DNA of 64,000 nt. Source: Promethearchaeota archaeon (lineage in GTDB: Archaea > Asgardarchaeota > Lokiarchaeia > Sigyniarchaeales > SOKP01). Position 1 is the first letter of the stretch. Every line of letters starts with the position of its first letter. Both the position numbers and the translations under genes were made by a program. Under the pieces are notes generated by a model. It did no database searches. It was not told the DNA's origin and saw nothing but the letters and a program-made list of their open reading frames with translations. Location: NCBI GenBank assembly GCA_048941265.1, contig JBHLNT010000002.1:2372-66371 (forward strand). The letters are read 5' to 3'. This document shows, one piece after another, positions 29,529 through 39,093 of this stretch.

Positions 29529-30107
29529 ATGGTTAAATTATCTGATGAAGCAAGAAAATTAATAGAAAAGTATCAAAAAACTGAGAAACAGAGAGAATTT
29601 CAGTTTGATTTTTTTGTTGATCAATCAAATTACGAGAAATGGGAAGATGTCGTGATAGGAACGGAGGGTTTCGGAGAAAGAACCTTTGAAGTAAAAAAAG
29701 AGGATGTCGATGCCTATGTGGATTGCACTATGGAAGAGAATCCGGTTTTTAAGAATGAAGAATTCGCAAAAAAAACTCCTTGGGGTGGATTAATCGCTCC
29801 TCCCATGTTCATAACACCTGTAATCTTTTGGATTGCTGGCACGGGTTCCGGAAGTTGGATAAGAACCCCAGGTGCAATTAATCCCGGCCAAAAAATAGAA
29901 TTCTATGAACCTATTCGAGTAGGAGATGTAATAACAATTAGATCAGAAGCTTATGATAAATATTTAAAAAGAGGAAAACGCTACCTTACCTATTATTCGG
30001 AATTTACAAATCAAAGGGGAGAGCTTGTTGCAAAGTGGTGGGGAACTTTAATACTGCCTTTTTCTAAAGATGAAGAGGAACACAAAATTGAAGGAGGGAA
30101 GAAATAA
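29529..30107 (+). CDS. hotdog-fold protein, MaoC_dehydrat_N / HadA-like (non-catalytic partner)
   Basis: GGLIAPPMF motif typical of the N-terminal half-dehydratase family. Lacks the hydratase-2 motif. Its stop overlaps the next ATG (TAATG). Confidence 0.65.
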   Translation: MVKLSDEARKLIEKYQKTEKQREFQFDFFVDQSNYEKWEDVVIGTEGFGERTFEVKKEDVDAYVDCTMEENPVFKNEEFAKKTPWGGLIAPPMFITPVIFWIAGTGSGSWIRTPGAINPGQKIEFYEPIRVGDVITIRSEAYDKYLKRGKRYLTYYSEFTNQRGELVAKWWGTLILPFSKDEEEHKIEGGKK

Positions 30108-30544
30108 TGTCTAAAAGCATAAAATTTGAAGAAATAGCATTGGATTACGAGTTACCGACCTTACAAAGGAAAATTTCACAAGAAGTTATCTCAATGTTTG
30201 GTTGCGGTTCCCTCGATTTCAATCCAATTCATATGGACCCTGTCTGGGCGAAAGAGGTAAAACTCTTCGGTTTCGGTAAGACGATTGGTCATGGGCAATT
30301 AACTATTGCACTTTTAACCCAAGTAATTACCAATTGGTGTTATATTGAGGGTGGGAGACTTAAATCACTCGATATAAAACTTATCTTGCCATTATTTTCT
30401 GGAGATACAGTAATATGTGGAGGAAAAATAGTCGCAAAACATCCAAGAAAAAAAGAATTGAGTTTTGTGGACTTAGAACTATATGCTGATAACCAAAAAA
30501 AGAAAAGGGTAGCTGTAGGTAAAGCCCAGGTATATTTACCGTAA
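30107..30544 (+). CDS. MaoC-like (R)-specific dehydratase / hydratase (HadB-like catalytic partner)
   Basis: Hydratase-2 motif D-F-N-P-I-H-x5-A (SLDFNPIHMDPVWA). Confidence 0.75.
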   Translation: MSKSIKFEEIALDYELPTLQRKISQEVISMFGCGSLDFNPIHMDPVWAKEVKLFGFGKTIGHGQLTIALLTQVITNWCYIEGGRLKSLDIKLILPLFSGDTVICGGKIVAKHPRKKELSFVDLELYADNQKKKRVAVGKAQVYLP

Positions 30545-30545
30545 A

Positions 30546-32048
30546 TTATGAAGTTAAACGCTTAATATCAAATATATGAGCTTTCCATGGAAGTAAATCT
30601 ATATATAAACCAAATTTACCGAGATTTTGACCATTATATGTATAAGTTTTCTGTGTTAACAAATCACTGAAATTCCAATCACTAATCCCATAGTCTATTT
30701 CATCAATTCTGATATGACCTTGAGAGGGATAAGGACTGAAATTAACTACTATTAGTTGATATAGTTCATTTACAAACCATAAATAAGTAATTAAATTTGT
30801 AGATGAACGATTTTCATTGCTAATTTGATCAACTCTACAAAGTGACCATCTAGCAAAATTAAATTCTCTTCCAGGTGCGGCTTTTAACAGGTTTTCATAG
30901 AATTTTGTGATATTTGGATTTTTTTCTTCAAGGAATCGTCTGCCTAATTGAATTGGCAATTTAATTGTGTATCCATACACTTGTCCTTCATGGACTAATC
31001 TTGCTCCTGGTAGAGTTAATGCAATTACTGCTGCTGCTTTAGACTTTTTTTCTCCAAATACTTCAATAGCTCTTTTCTCATCATGGTTTTCAATAAATCT
31101 AACTAATTTTGTTTGATAATCCCATTCTGCTTTAAGATGTTCTCTAATAAATGATGCCTTATCATGAATCATTCGATCATATAACCGCTTGTCATAACAG
31201 AAATCAAAACCTTGTTGCTGTAATTCCCATTCCATATCCCAATATACCTCGGCTAAAAATTTAAACCTAGGGGATTTATTTCGAACAGCTTCAATAACCT
31301 CGACCCAAAACTCCTTCTGTGGAATTGGCACCGCTCTTTCACCCCAGGTCTTAGAAAATACTTTATTAGTCATGAGCATTGCCATATCACAGCGGACACC
31401 ATCACAATGCTCCGCAATTTCTGATAGTGTGAAAATTGCCTTTTCTCTGGCTTCAGAAGAAAATGCATTAATTTGGATTGTATCTGTCCAAGAAGGAAAG
31501 TAAGGATCCTTTCCATTAGCATAGACTTGATCAACTGCCTTAAAAAATTCATTGGGGCTCGAGACCAAATCTTCTTCAGTTCCCTTAATAAAAAGATCTG
31601 TTTTTAGTAAGGTCCACATATGATCGACAGCAACATGGTTAGGAACATAATCCAAAATTAGAAGCATACCGCGATCTTTTAATTTCTCTCGAAAAGAATC
31701 TAAACCTGCATTTCCACCTAGATATTTATCAACACGATAATAATGAACAGAGTAAGGTGACCCTACAATATCGTCTTTACTTAAATCTTTTAGAGCTTTT
31801 CGATATTCATCCTGCAAATCTGGATGTTCAATCGCAATATTTCTGCCCTGTGGGCTTCTTTCCCACACCCCCATAAGCCAAATTACATTAAAATATTTAA
31901 AATCATTCTCTAAAACTTCATCAGGTATATTATTTAACTTAATTAACTTGTTTAACTTATATTTTTCCGATAAACTATTAAGCCACGGCCACGTATTAAT
32001 CTCGAGAATTTTAGGATGTTTAGGCCAATTTATTTCTCGTGACGACAT
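30546..32048 (-). CDS. GH13 alpha-amylase-family glycoside hydrolase (cytoplasmic)
   Basis: All four GH13 regions are present: DYVPNHV, DGVRCDMA, AEVYWD and FIENHDE. No signal peptide. Confidence 0.8.
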   Translation of the reverse strand: MSSREINWPKHPKILEINTWPWLNSLSEKYKLNKLIKLNNIPDEVLENDFKYFNVIWLMGVWERSPQGRNIAIEHPDLQDEYRKALKDLSKDDIVGSPYSVHYYRVDKYLGGNAGLDSFREKLKDRGMLLILDYVPNHVAVDHMWTLLKTDLFIKGTEEDLVSSPNEFFKAVDQVYANGKDPYFPSWTDTIQINAFSSEAREKAIFTLSEIAEHCDGVRCDMAMLMTNKVFSKTWGERAVPIPQKEFWVEVIEAVRNKSPRFKFLAEVYWDMEWELQQQGFDFCYDKRLYDRMIHDKASFIREHLKAEWDYQTKLVRFIENHDEKRAIEVFGEKKSKAAAVIALTLPGARLVHEGQVYGYTIKLPIQLGRRFLEEKNPNITKFYENLLKAAPGREFNFARWSLCRVDQISNENRSSTNLITYLWFVNELYQLIVVNFSPYPSQGHIRIDEIDYGISDWNFSDLLTQKTYTYNGQNLGKFGLYIDLLPWKAHIFDIKRLTS

Positions 32049-32201
32049 TTTGGTAATTAATATTTTTTAAGGTGATTTAATTGATTAAAGAAGAAGATAT
32101 GCTACCTTATATTTAAATCAGATTTTAATTAAAAATTAGTTATTAATATTTTATTTTACAATTTTACTATTTCTAAAAATAAGGAAAACAATCTAACAAA
32201 A

Positions 32202-32540
32202 TTATTTTTTATATTCAATAAATGATGTGAATTCTCTCCCCTGTGCTCTAATTATACAACGTTTTTCTTTAGAAGATAGTTTTATAAGAGCTTCATCAAT
32301 AACCTCAATCGGGATCCCCTCTTTTGGCAATACTTCATGAAACCATTTCGAAATTGCCATGTAATATCTTTCTACGTTATCTCCTTCCATATTTGGAGTT
32401 ATTTTACCCGAGATCAAATCAACTTCAATATCAAATTCAGGAGTATAATGTTCAAAAGGATCAAGGAGGTATCCTATATCATCACTAGTTGAGGTTCTGA
32501 TAGCATTATAAGCCACAGACTTTAATTTATTTAATTTCAT
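32202..32540 (-). CDS. hypothetical protein (112 aa)
   Basis: ORF lying 21 nt downstream of the MaoC gene on the same strand; no motif recognised. Confidence 0.45.
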   Translation of the reverse strand: MKLNKLKSVAYNAIRTSTSDDIGYLLDPFEHYTPEFDIEVDLISGKITPNMEGDNVERYYMAISKWFHEVLPKEGIPIEVIDEALIKLSSKEKRCIIRAQGREFTSFIEYKK

Positions 32541-32560
32541 ATTTAATCTCCCACCTCAAT

Positions 32561-32977
32561 TTAATAGGGGATACATATTGCTTCACTCTCACATACACAT
32601 TCTCCATTTTCATTATAACAAGTCATTGAGAAAATTAAACGTTTCTGTTTTTTATCTACTTCAGTAATAGTTGCGATGGCATGAATTGTATCTCCAAAAA
32701 ATACTGGCCTTAAAAACTTAAATGAAATTGCTTCAGCAAGACAACCTGGTCCGGGAAAAAGATCGCCTCCAAAATGGCTAATCATTCCTCCTATCAGAAG
32801 TCCGTGAACAATAGGCTTTTTGAACCGAGTGTTCCTTATAAATTCCCCGTTATAATGAAATGGATTATGATCACCAATTAAATCCGCCATAATTTCAGTT
32901 TCTTCTTGAGTAAAGGTATGGGAAAATTCAGCTTTCATACCTACCTCAAATTCATCAATAGTTCGACCAATTTTCAT
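32561..32977 (-). CDS. MaoC-family dehydratase (single hotdog)
   Basis: LIGDHNPFHYNGEF hydratase-type motif. 138 aa hotdog size. Confidence 0.75.
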   Translation of the reverse strand: MKIGRTIDEFEVGMKAEFSHTFTQEETEIMADLIGDHNPFHYNGEFIRNTRFKKPIVHGLLIGGMISHFGGDLFPGPGCLAEAISFKFLRPVFFGDTIHAIATITEVDKKQKRLIFSMTCYNENGECVCESEAICIPY

Positions 32978-33151
32978 GATTTAGAAATATATAAAACCAA
33001 AAATAAAATTTGTTTTTTTTAGAAACAGCTATAAATTCACTAAAACTAAAATATAAAAAGAAGTTTTAGTATCTTTTATTAAACAAATACATATATATTA
33101 CTAAAATATCTTAATTATAATAAGAATTAAAATAAAAGAGAACAAGCCGTA

Positions 33152-33733
33152 ATGTCAGAATCAGAAAAAGAAGCGTTAAGAAAGTTAGTTATGATTATTT
33201 CAGATTTACGTGCGAAAGATGAAGAACGTTATGAAGCGCACGTAAACTTTATGAATGAAACAATAAAAATGATAAGAGCAATCGAGTCTCAAATGAATAA
33301 ACACTGGGAAACAGTTTTAGATTCATTAAAAGATTTGAATGAAAGTATAAATGCTAATTTAGACTCTTTACTTACAGGTATTAACCCGAAAGGTTTAAGA
33401 GAAACTTCAAAATCTTTAAGAGAAATCATGGATACTATGAATAAAAGCGTTCAATCTATGAATCTTGAGAAAGTGTTAAGTGAATTAAAGATTCTACAAT
33501 CAGGTACCTATGCAGTTCCCATAGCAATTCAAGGTGCTCAACAACAACCAGAACCTATAACCGCAGGTGCTGGTTTAACTCCTCCTCCTGGATTAACAGC
33601 TCCAGCGGGAGCAAAGGCACCTGCTGCATCATCAGAATCAACCCAGTGGGTTGATCCCTCAGAAGCAGCAAAAAAGAAAAAGGAAGAAGAAGAACCTCAC
33701 TTATTAAAGCCTTCGGATCTATGGGGGAGTTAA
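33152..33733 (+). CDS. hypothetical coiled-coil protein with Pro/Ala-rich linker and charged tail
   Basis: Helical N-terminal 120 aa, then PEPITAGAGLTPPPGLTAPAGAKAPAASS, then KKKKEEEE. No family recognised. Confidence 0.5.
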   Translation: MSESEKEALRKLVMIISDLRAKDEERYEAHVNFMNETIKMIRAIESQMNKHWETVLDSLKDLNESINANLDSLLTGINPKGLRETSKSLREIMDTMNKSVQSMNLEKVLSELKILQSGTYAVPIAIQGAQQQPEPITAGAGLTPPPGLTAPAGAKAPAASSESTQWVDPSEAAKKKKEEEEPHLLKPSDLWGS

Positions 33734-33765
33734 TTTTCTATTTTTTCTTATTAAAACTTCATTTC

Positions 33766-35115
33766 TCATTTGAACATTTGCATAAAAGAACTCAATTGAG
33801 TTCTAATTTGTTCAACATCTTCTCCAATTTTTTTAAAGCTTATTACAAATGCAGGAATATCAAGTTCATTTCTTATTCTCTGTTGTAAAGTAGAGTAAAT
33901 ATTCGATAATGTATGGCACCCAAATACTTGATTGAAAATGAATCCGTCAATATTCACTTTTTTAGCTGTTTTTATATAGGACTTAGTTAAATTCTCACTA
34001 TCACATCCTATTCCTTTTCTGGAAGCATCTAAAAGAAATCGCGCATAATCTTCAATAGGATCCGAATTATTTGACACAGGTATTTCTTCAAGAAATCCTA
34101 AGATATCCCAGTCTGCATATAAAACTCTGCCTCCTAATTCATAAATGATTTCATGAATATATGGTTCCCACCCCCCATACATCGGAGTTAGAATAATTCT
34201 AGGCATATTACTAACATCCATTCCAATTCTATTTCTAATTCTTTCTCTCATCTCTTTTACTAATTGACTCATATTTTCTAAATATCTCTGAGCGTTAGAA
34301 TTATAATCTTGAAATGTGATTGTTAGCAATGCCAAAATTTCGGCAAAAGTTGCCGGATTACAGGGATAAAAATCGGAGGCACTTATTTCATAAAGAACTG
34401 TTTTATAAAACCTTTTAACCTGGTTTCCTATACGATATTGCTTTTTTAGACTATTGTCAGTAATTACATTACCGGTAATATTTTCGATTTCAGTTATTGC
34501 CCTCTTAAGATTATCTACCATAATTTCTAAAGCCCTTTTATTATTCCCTATCTCTTTAGGAGGTATGTCAATCCAAATCTGGTTAGGGACTATTAATTTT
34601 AACGATTCTGAGAACCTATTCCATTCACTACAGCGTATAGCAAAATTAAGATTTGCATTGATATCTTTTCCCTTTGAAATATGCATCCCATAAAGTGTTT
34701 TTATACCATAACACAATTCAGTCGGAACAGCATTCTCTTCTGCTAAATCGTACATTTCGTTATATTTTTTATTGGTAGAACTGATAACATCACTAATAAT
34801 ATGATCCGCAACCTTTAATACGTCAAACTTTCTAAGTTGTTCTAATAATTTCGATGTTAAATCCCAGCCTAAAAAAGAGGTGGCAGAATTTAAAGCTAAT
34901 AGAGTTTTATTAATCTTAAACGATTCCATTCGAATGGGTAAAACGGGTATAGAATCGGCAGCAAATACTAAATCTGGAAAACCTAACGCGACAGAGATTA
35001 GGTTTTTCCTCTCCCTAATCTTTTTCTTTCTTAGATACTCTCTACCAGTCAAGAAATTATACGCAATCTTTAATACAGAGGTAAAACTTACAACGTCATC
35101 GGCGTATATACTCAT
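33766..35115 (-). CDS. 2-hydroxyacyl-CoA dehydratase family protein, alpha-like, paralogue 2
   Basis: About 450 aa, co-linear with 35287-36642. Conserved Cys positions (CYGIK, FYPCNPATFAE, FGCH). Sits in a cluster with an HgdC-type activase. Confidence 0.75.
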   Translation of the reverse strand: MSIYADDVVSFTSVLKIAYNFLTGREYLRKKKIRERKNLISVALGFPDLVFAADSIPVLPIRMESFKINKTLLALNSATSFLGWDLTSKLLEQLRKFDVLKVADHIISDVISSTNKKYNEMYDLAEENAVPTELCYGIKTLYGMHISKGKDINANLNFAIRCSEWNRFSESLKLIVPNQIWIDIPPKEIGNNKRALEIMVDNLKRAITEIENITGNVITDNSLKKQYRIGNQVKRFYKTVLYEISASDFYPCNPATFAEILALLTITFQDYNSNAQRYLENMSQLVKEMRERIRNRIGMDVSNMPRIILTPMYGGWEPYIHEIIYELGGRVLYADWDILGFLEEIPVSNNSDPIEDYARFLLDASRKGIGCDSENLTKSYIKTAKKVNIDGFIFNQVFGCHTLSNIYSTLQQRIRNELDIPAFVISFKKIGEDVEQIRTQLSSFMQMFK

Positions 35116-35286
35116 TTTCCAATAAACTCCAATGCTGCCTTTATTTTTATAGATAGATGAGAATTAATATTTTAAAATTATAATAGTTTTGTAATAAAAC
35201 TTTTGAGAATATTTAAGAAAATAAGAAGATTAATTGTTACTTTTAAGAGTATGAAAGATATAAGAGAGATTTTCTTACGGAAAGTT

Positions 35287-36642
35287 TTAATTGAACATTT
35301 CCATAAAAGCTCCTAAGCGGGTCTTAACTTGTTCCACATTTTCACCAATCTTATTAAAAGTGAGAGCTGTTGTAGGAATCTCAAGTTCTCGGCGGATCTT
35401 TTCTCTTAACATCGCATAACAATTTGATATTGAATGGCAGCCAAATAATTGAATGAAAATTAAGCCGTTAGCTTTCATTTGTTCCGCATTTCTTAAATAT
35501 GAATTTGTCAGCGTGTTATTATCACACCCCACTCCCATAGAGGTTGCTTTTTGCAGATATTTTGCATATTCTTCGATAGGATTTGAGCTCCTTGAAACAT
35601 TTATTTCTTCTAAAAGGCAGAGCATATCCCAATCGGCATATAATGCCCGTCCTCCTAATTCATAGATAATTTCGGTTATCTGCGGTTCCCATCCTCCAAA
35701 CATGGGGGTTACCAAGATTTTAGGTCTATCGCTTACATCCATTCCAATACCATTTCTTATCCTATCTTTCATTTCACTCACTAAATGGTTCATATTATCT
35801 GCATATCTCTGAGCATTTGAGTTGTAATCCTGGAAGGTGTGATTTAATAGAACCAAGATTTCAGCAAAAGTTGCCGGATTACAGGGATAAAAATCAGAAG
35901 TGCCTATATCGTGTAAAATTGTTTTATAACATTTCTTTACTTGATTGCTGATTTGGAAATGTTCCCGTAGTCTATTATCGCTACATGTGATTCCTGTTAA
36001 ATTTTCTAATTGATTAATTGCCTTTGAAATATTATCCATTAATATTTCCAAGGAATTCCCGATATTTCTCGGTGGAATATCCACCCATATCTGTTTCGGA
36101 GGATGTTCAATTGTTTTTAAACTTTCTAAGTATTTATTATAAGCGCTACATCGGATTGTAAAATTTAAAACCGCATCGCAATTCTTTCCTTTTGACACAT
36201 GCATTCCATATAGAGATTTTATTCCATAACAGAAATCGCTGGAAATGCCACTTTCAATCCCAAGTTCATAAACTTCATTGTATTTTCTATTAATTACGTC
36301 GATAGCATCATCAATGATTTTATCCACCGTTTTACTAAGCTCATTTATGCCCGAGCTCTTAATAAACCCTAAAAAGTCAGAGACCTGTTTCCATCCGAAA
36401 ATACTTCCAGCAGAACCTAAATACACGAGATATTTATTTATGTCAAGAATTTCCATTCTAATCGGAAAGACAGGAATTCCCCCAGCAGCAAAAGCTAAAT
36501 CCGAAAATGGCAGGGCAATGGATATTAATTTTTTCTTCTCCCTAAATTTTTTCCTCTTCAGGTAGTCTCTGCCGGCTAAGAAATTATAAGCTATTTTTAA
36601 CACAGAACTGAACCTTACAATATCATCAGCAAAAACGCTCAT
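35287..36642 (-). CDS. 2-hydroxyacyl-CoA dehydratase family protein, alpha-like, paralogue 1
   Basis: Same features as 33766-35115. Its ATG lies 3 nt after the stop of the beta-like gene. Confidence 0.75.
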   Translation of the reverse strand: MSVFADDIVRFSSVLKIAYNFLAGRDYLKRKKFREKKKLISIALPFSDLAFAAGGIPVFPIRMEILDINKYLVYLGSAGSIFGWKQVSDFLGFIKSSGINELSKTVDKIIDDAIDVINRKYNEVYELGIESGISSDFCYGIKSLYGMHVSKGKNCDAVLNFTIRCSAYNKYLESLKTIEHPPKQIWVDIPPRNIGNSLEILMDNISKAINQLENLTGITCSDNRLREHFQISNQVKKCYKTILHDIGTSDFYPCNPATFAEILVLLNHTFQDYNSNAQRYADNMNHLVSEMKDRIRNGIGMDVSDRPKILVTPMFGGWEPQITEIIYELGGRALYADWDMLCLLEEINVSRSSNPIEEYAKYLQKATSMGVGCDNNTLTNSYLRNAEQMKANGLIFIQLFGCHSISNCYAMLREKIRRELEIPTTALTFNKIGENVEQVKTRLGAFMEMFN

Positions 36643-36645
36643 TTT

Positions 36646-37794
36646 TTAAATCATCTCCAAAAATGCCTCTATTCGTGTAGTTAATTGTCCCCGGATTGAT
36701 TTACTATAATCGCGTTCCAAGTTCAGCACCTGAATTTCTTTTTCTTGCAGTCTATTCTTCAAAAACACAGACATGATTGAAATATGATCGCAAAATTTTA
36801 TGATGTGATTTATAACTGCCAATTTTTTACCCGTCTTTTGTTTATAGTTTTTATAAATTTTCTCAATTTGTGTAATTTTATTTTCTAAATAAAAAGGAAC
36901 CGAATGATCTCCAAATACGTTATTCTTAAATCTATGGACTAATAATTCGATTGGGTCTGAAATGGAGTTTAGAATATTATCTTCAAAAATTTGTGAAAAA
37001 TATCTATTCCCAATCCACGTATCGAAAATTACAATATTCCCTCCACTTTCCTCAATTAAGTCGCCTAAATAATCCCCAATAAACACGGAGCATCCGGTTA
37101 GGATTAAGTCCTTTGAATTACATAGTCCCTGGTCTTCATTACTTATATTATCTTGAGTTAGTTTTTCTAATTCCGGCAGGAAATCAGGACCGTATAGCAT
37201 TGCTTTTTGAAAAATTTCTAATTTCTTAGTACCGCTCAACTTACTTTCATTGAGTTCAGAAAGTTTTTTCTTAAATCTATTATATTTTTTAATACTTTCT
37301 AATAAGTCATGATTGTTTATTTCAGAACCTTTTATCTTTTCTAATTGACTTTTAAAATCTAACAATTCGAGGTTATAATACTTAAACGCATTATCATCCT
37401 GGGTATAAGAGATATAAAAGTTCAGTCTGGGAATTGAAAAATACTTTGAAATGATTTCTGACGCACATATATTAAGAACACAGTGATTCGAAATAACAAA
37501 ATAATCAATCAGTTCTAAAAAATTAAATTGGCTTGGTTTTATGGAAAACAATCCAATACAACTCTGAGCAAAACTACAAGTAGATGGCGGTAAATAGTCA
37601 TGGCTCGCATTCATTAACTCATCATTTCCCGCAAAGAGAAGAGTTAAAGGAAAAAAGCCTGCCGCGTCAATTAATTCTTCCGGGATATTTTCATGTGCCA
37701 TAAAAGCGACAATTTTTTTTCCTTCTCGTTTTTTCTCTTTTAAGAAACTATGAAATTCAGCCAAAAATTCTGAATGATTCATTTTTATATTCAA
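36646..37794 (-). CDS. 2-hydroxyacyl-CoA dehydratase family protein, beta-like (HgdB-size)
   Basis: 382 aa with a Cys pattern (STCSFAQSC, NHCVLNIC, KFCDH). Family resemblance to BcrC/BadD/HgdB-type subunits, judged by size and context. Confidence 0.65.
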   Translation of the reverse strand: MNIKMNHSEFLAEFHSFLKEKKREGKKIVAFMAHENIPEELIDAAGFFPLTLLFAGNDELMNASHDYLPPSTCSFAQSCIGLFSIKPSQFNFLELIDYFVISNHCVLNICASEIISKYFSIPRLNFYISYTQDDNAFKYYNLELLDFKSQLEKIKGSEINNHDLLESIKKYNRFKKKLSELNESKLSGTKKLEIFQKAMLYGPDFLPELEKLTQDNISNEDQGLCNSKDLILTGCSVFIGDYLGDLIEESGGNIVIFDTWIGNRYFSQIFEDNILNSISDPIELLVHRFKNNVFGDHSVPFYLENKITQIEKIYKNYKQKTGKKLAVINHIIKFCDHISIMSVFLKNRLQEKEIQVLNLERDYSKSIRGQLTTRIEAFLEMI

Positions 37795-37831
37795 AATAAA
37801 ATTCTTTTATTAAACTTTTTGACCATAAAAC

Positions 37832-37860
37832 GAGTATGTAAAATGTTTTGAATATAAAAA
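37832..37860 (-). promoter_or_regulatory. 29-nt intergenic motif, copy 1 (TATA-like; upstream of the beta-like dehydratase gene)
   Basis: Plus strand reads GAGTATGTAAAATGTTTTGAATATAAAAA. The same two blocks recur at 39031-39063. On the coding strand it reads TTTTTATATTCAAAACATTTTACATACTC, 38-66 nt upstream of the ATG. Confidence 0.35.
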
Positions 37861-37883
37861 TAATACAAATCAACTAATTATTC

Positions 37884-38885
37884 TTATTTCTTCTTTAATC
37901 CTTTCATGAGCTCTTGTTGTTTTTTCGCTAATTTCTGCATCCCTTTGAATGTTTGTTCTCGAGCTACAGGTGTCATATATTTCATATCCTCAATAATCTT
38001 CTTAGTGCTTTCTTGTATCCTGGAGAAAAATATTTTCTGATCTTCAGGATCTAATTGTCTTATGATATTAAAGTATTTTTCCATTAAATCTTCAGGATCT
38101 TGTGGTACCCTCCCAGATAAAAGTCCACCATCTACTTTAAGGGTTACTCCTGAAATAAAACTACTAGTATCTTCTGCTAGAAATAGGGCTGCATAAGCAA
38201 TATCTTCCGGTAAACCAGCACGTCTAATAGGCTGAAAAATGGCAAGAATTTCTTTAATAAATTCCCCAAATTTTACAGCTACTTCGGGGGATAAACCGAT
38301 TCCTTGACCAAAAATACCAGTTGATATACCTCCCGGTGCGATTGCGTTTGCTCTAATTCCAAACGGTCCTAATTCCACAGCAGCAATTCGCGTAAGCTGT
38401 ATAATTCCCGCTTTAGAAAGTGAATATGGTAGCGTGCCTAATCCCTGTTGAAAACCCGCTACGGAACTTGTAGTTATAAAACATCCTGAACCTTGTTTTT
38501 TCATAATTGGTATTGAATATTTCATAAATAAGAATGCAGCACGAAGATGAATAGCAACAGTGCGGTCAAATTCATCTGTCGGAACATCCTCAATTACTCC
38601 TACAGGACCGGGATTACCAGCATTTGAAAATACGATGTCAAGTCTTCCGAATTTTTCTATAGCGAGATCAATAGCTTTTATTATATCGGCTTCCTGAGAC
38701 ACATCAGTATGAACATAGATTGCATTAGGTCCAAGCTCCTCGGCTTTTTTTTCTCCCATTTCATCCCAAATATCAGCCATTACGACTCCTTTGGCTCCTT
38801 CTTCTATAAAGAGTTTTGAAGTGGCTCTTCCTATTCCACCGGCTGCTCCAGTTATTAATGCTACTTTTCCATCTAATCTTCCCAT
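37884..38885 (-). CDS. short-chain dehydrogenase/reductase with about 75-aa helical C-terminal extension
   Basis: TGAAGGIGRA cofactor motif, NAG, and catalytic YSLSK. Confidence 0.85.
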   Translation of the reverse strand: MGRLDGKVALITGAAGGIGRATSKLFIEEGAKGVVMADIWDEMGEKKAEELGPNAIYVHTDVSQEADIIKAIDLAIEKFGRLDIVFSNAGNPGPVGVIEDVPTDEFDRTVAIHLRAAFLFMKYSIPIMKKQGSGCFITTSSVAGFQQGLGTLPYSLSKAGIIQLTRIAAVELGPFGIRANAIAPGGISTGIFGQGIGLSPEVAVKFGEFIKEILAIFQPIRRAGLPEDIAYAALFLAEDTSSFISGVTLKVDGGLLSGRVPQDPEDLMEKYFNIIRQLDPEDQKIFFSRIQESTKKIIEDMKYMTPVAREQTFKGMQKLAKKQQELMKGLKKK

Positions 38886-39030
38886 AGATCAATTAAATGA
38901 ATTATTTATTTAATACTTTAAGAAGAAGACTTGTTAGAAACTTAATGGTTTTCTCTGTTATTTTGTCTCTCTCTTATGTTATATATAATTTTGTGATAAG
39001 TGATTCAAAATAAAATTCTATTATTTAATT

Positions 39031-39063
39031 TTTTGAATATAAAAAGAGTATGTAATATGTTTT
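39031..39063 (-). promoter_or_regulatory. intergenic motif, copy 2 (blocks in swapped / 1.5-unit arrangement; upstream of the SDR gene)
   Basis: Plus strand reads TTTTGAATATAAAAA (identical 15-mer) followed by GAGTATGTAATATGTTTT (17 of 18 identical to copy 1). Confidence 0.3.
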
Positions 39064-39093
39064 AATAAAAGGTGAATAGAATTAGAAAAGTTT

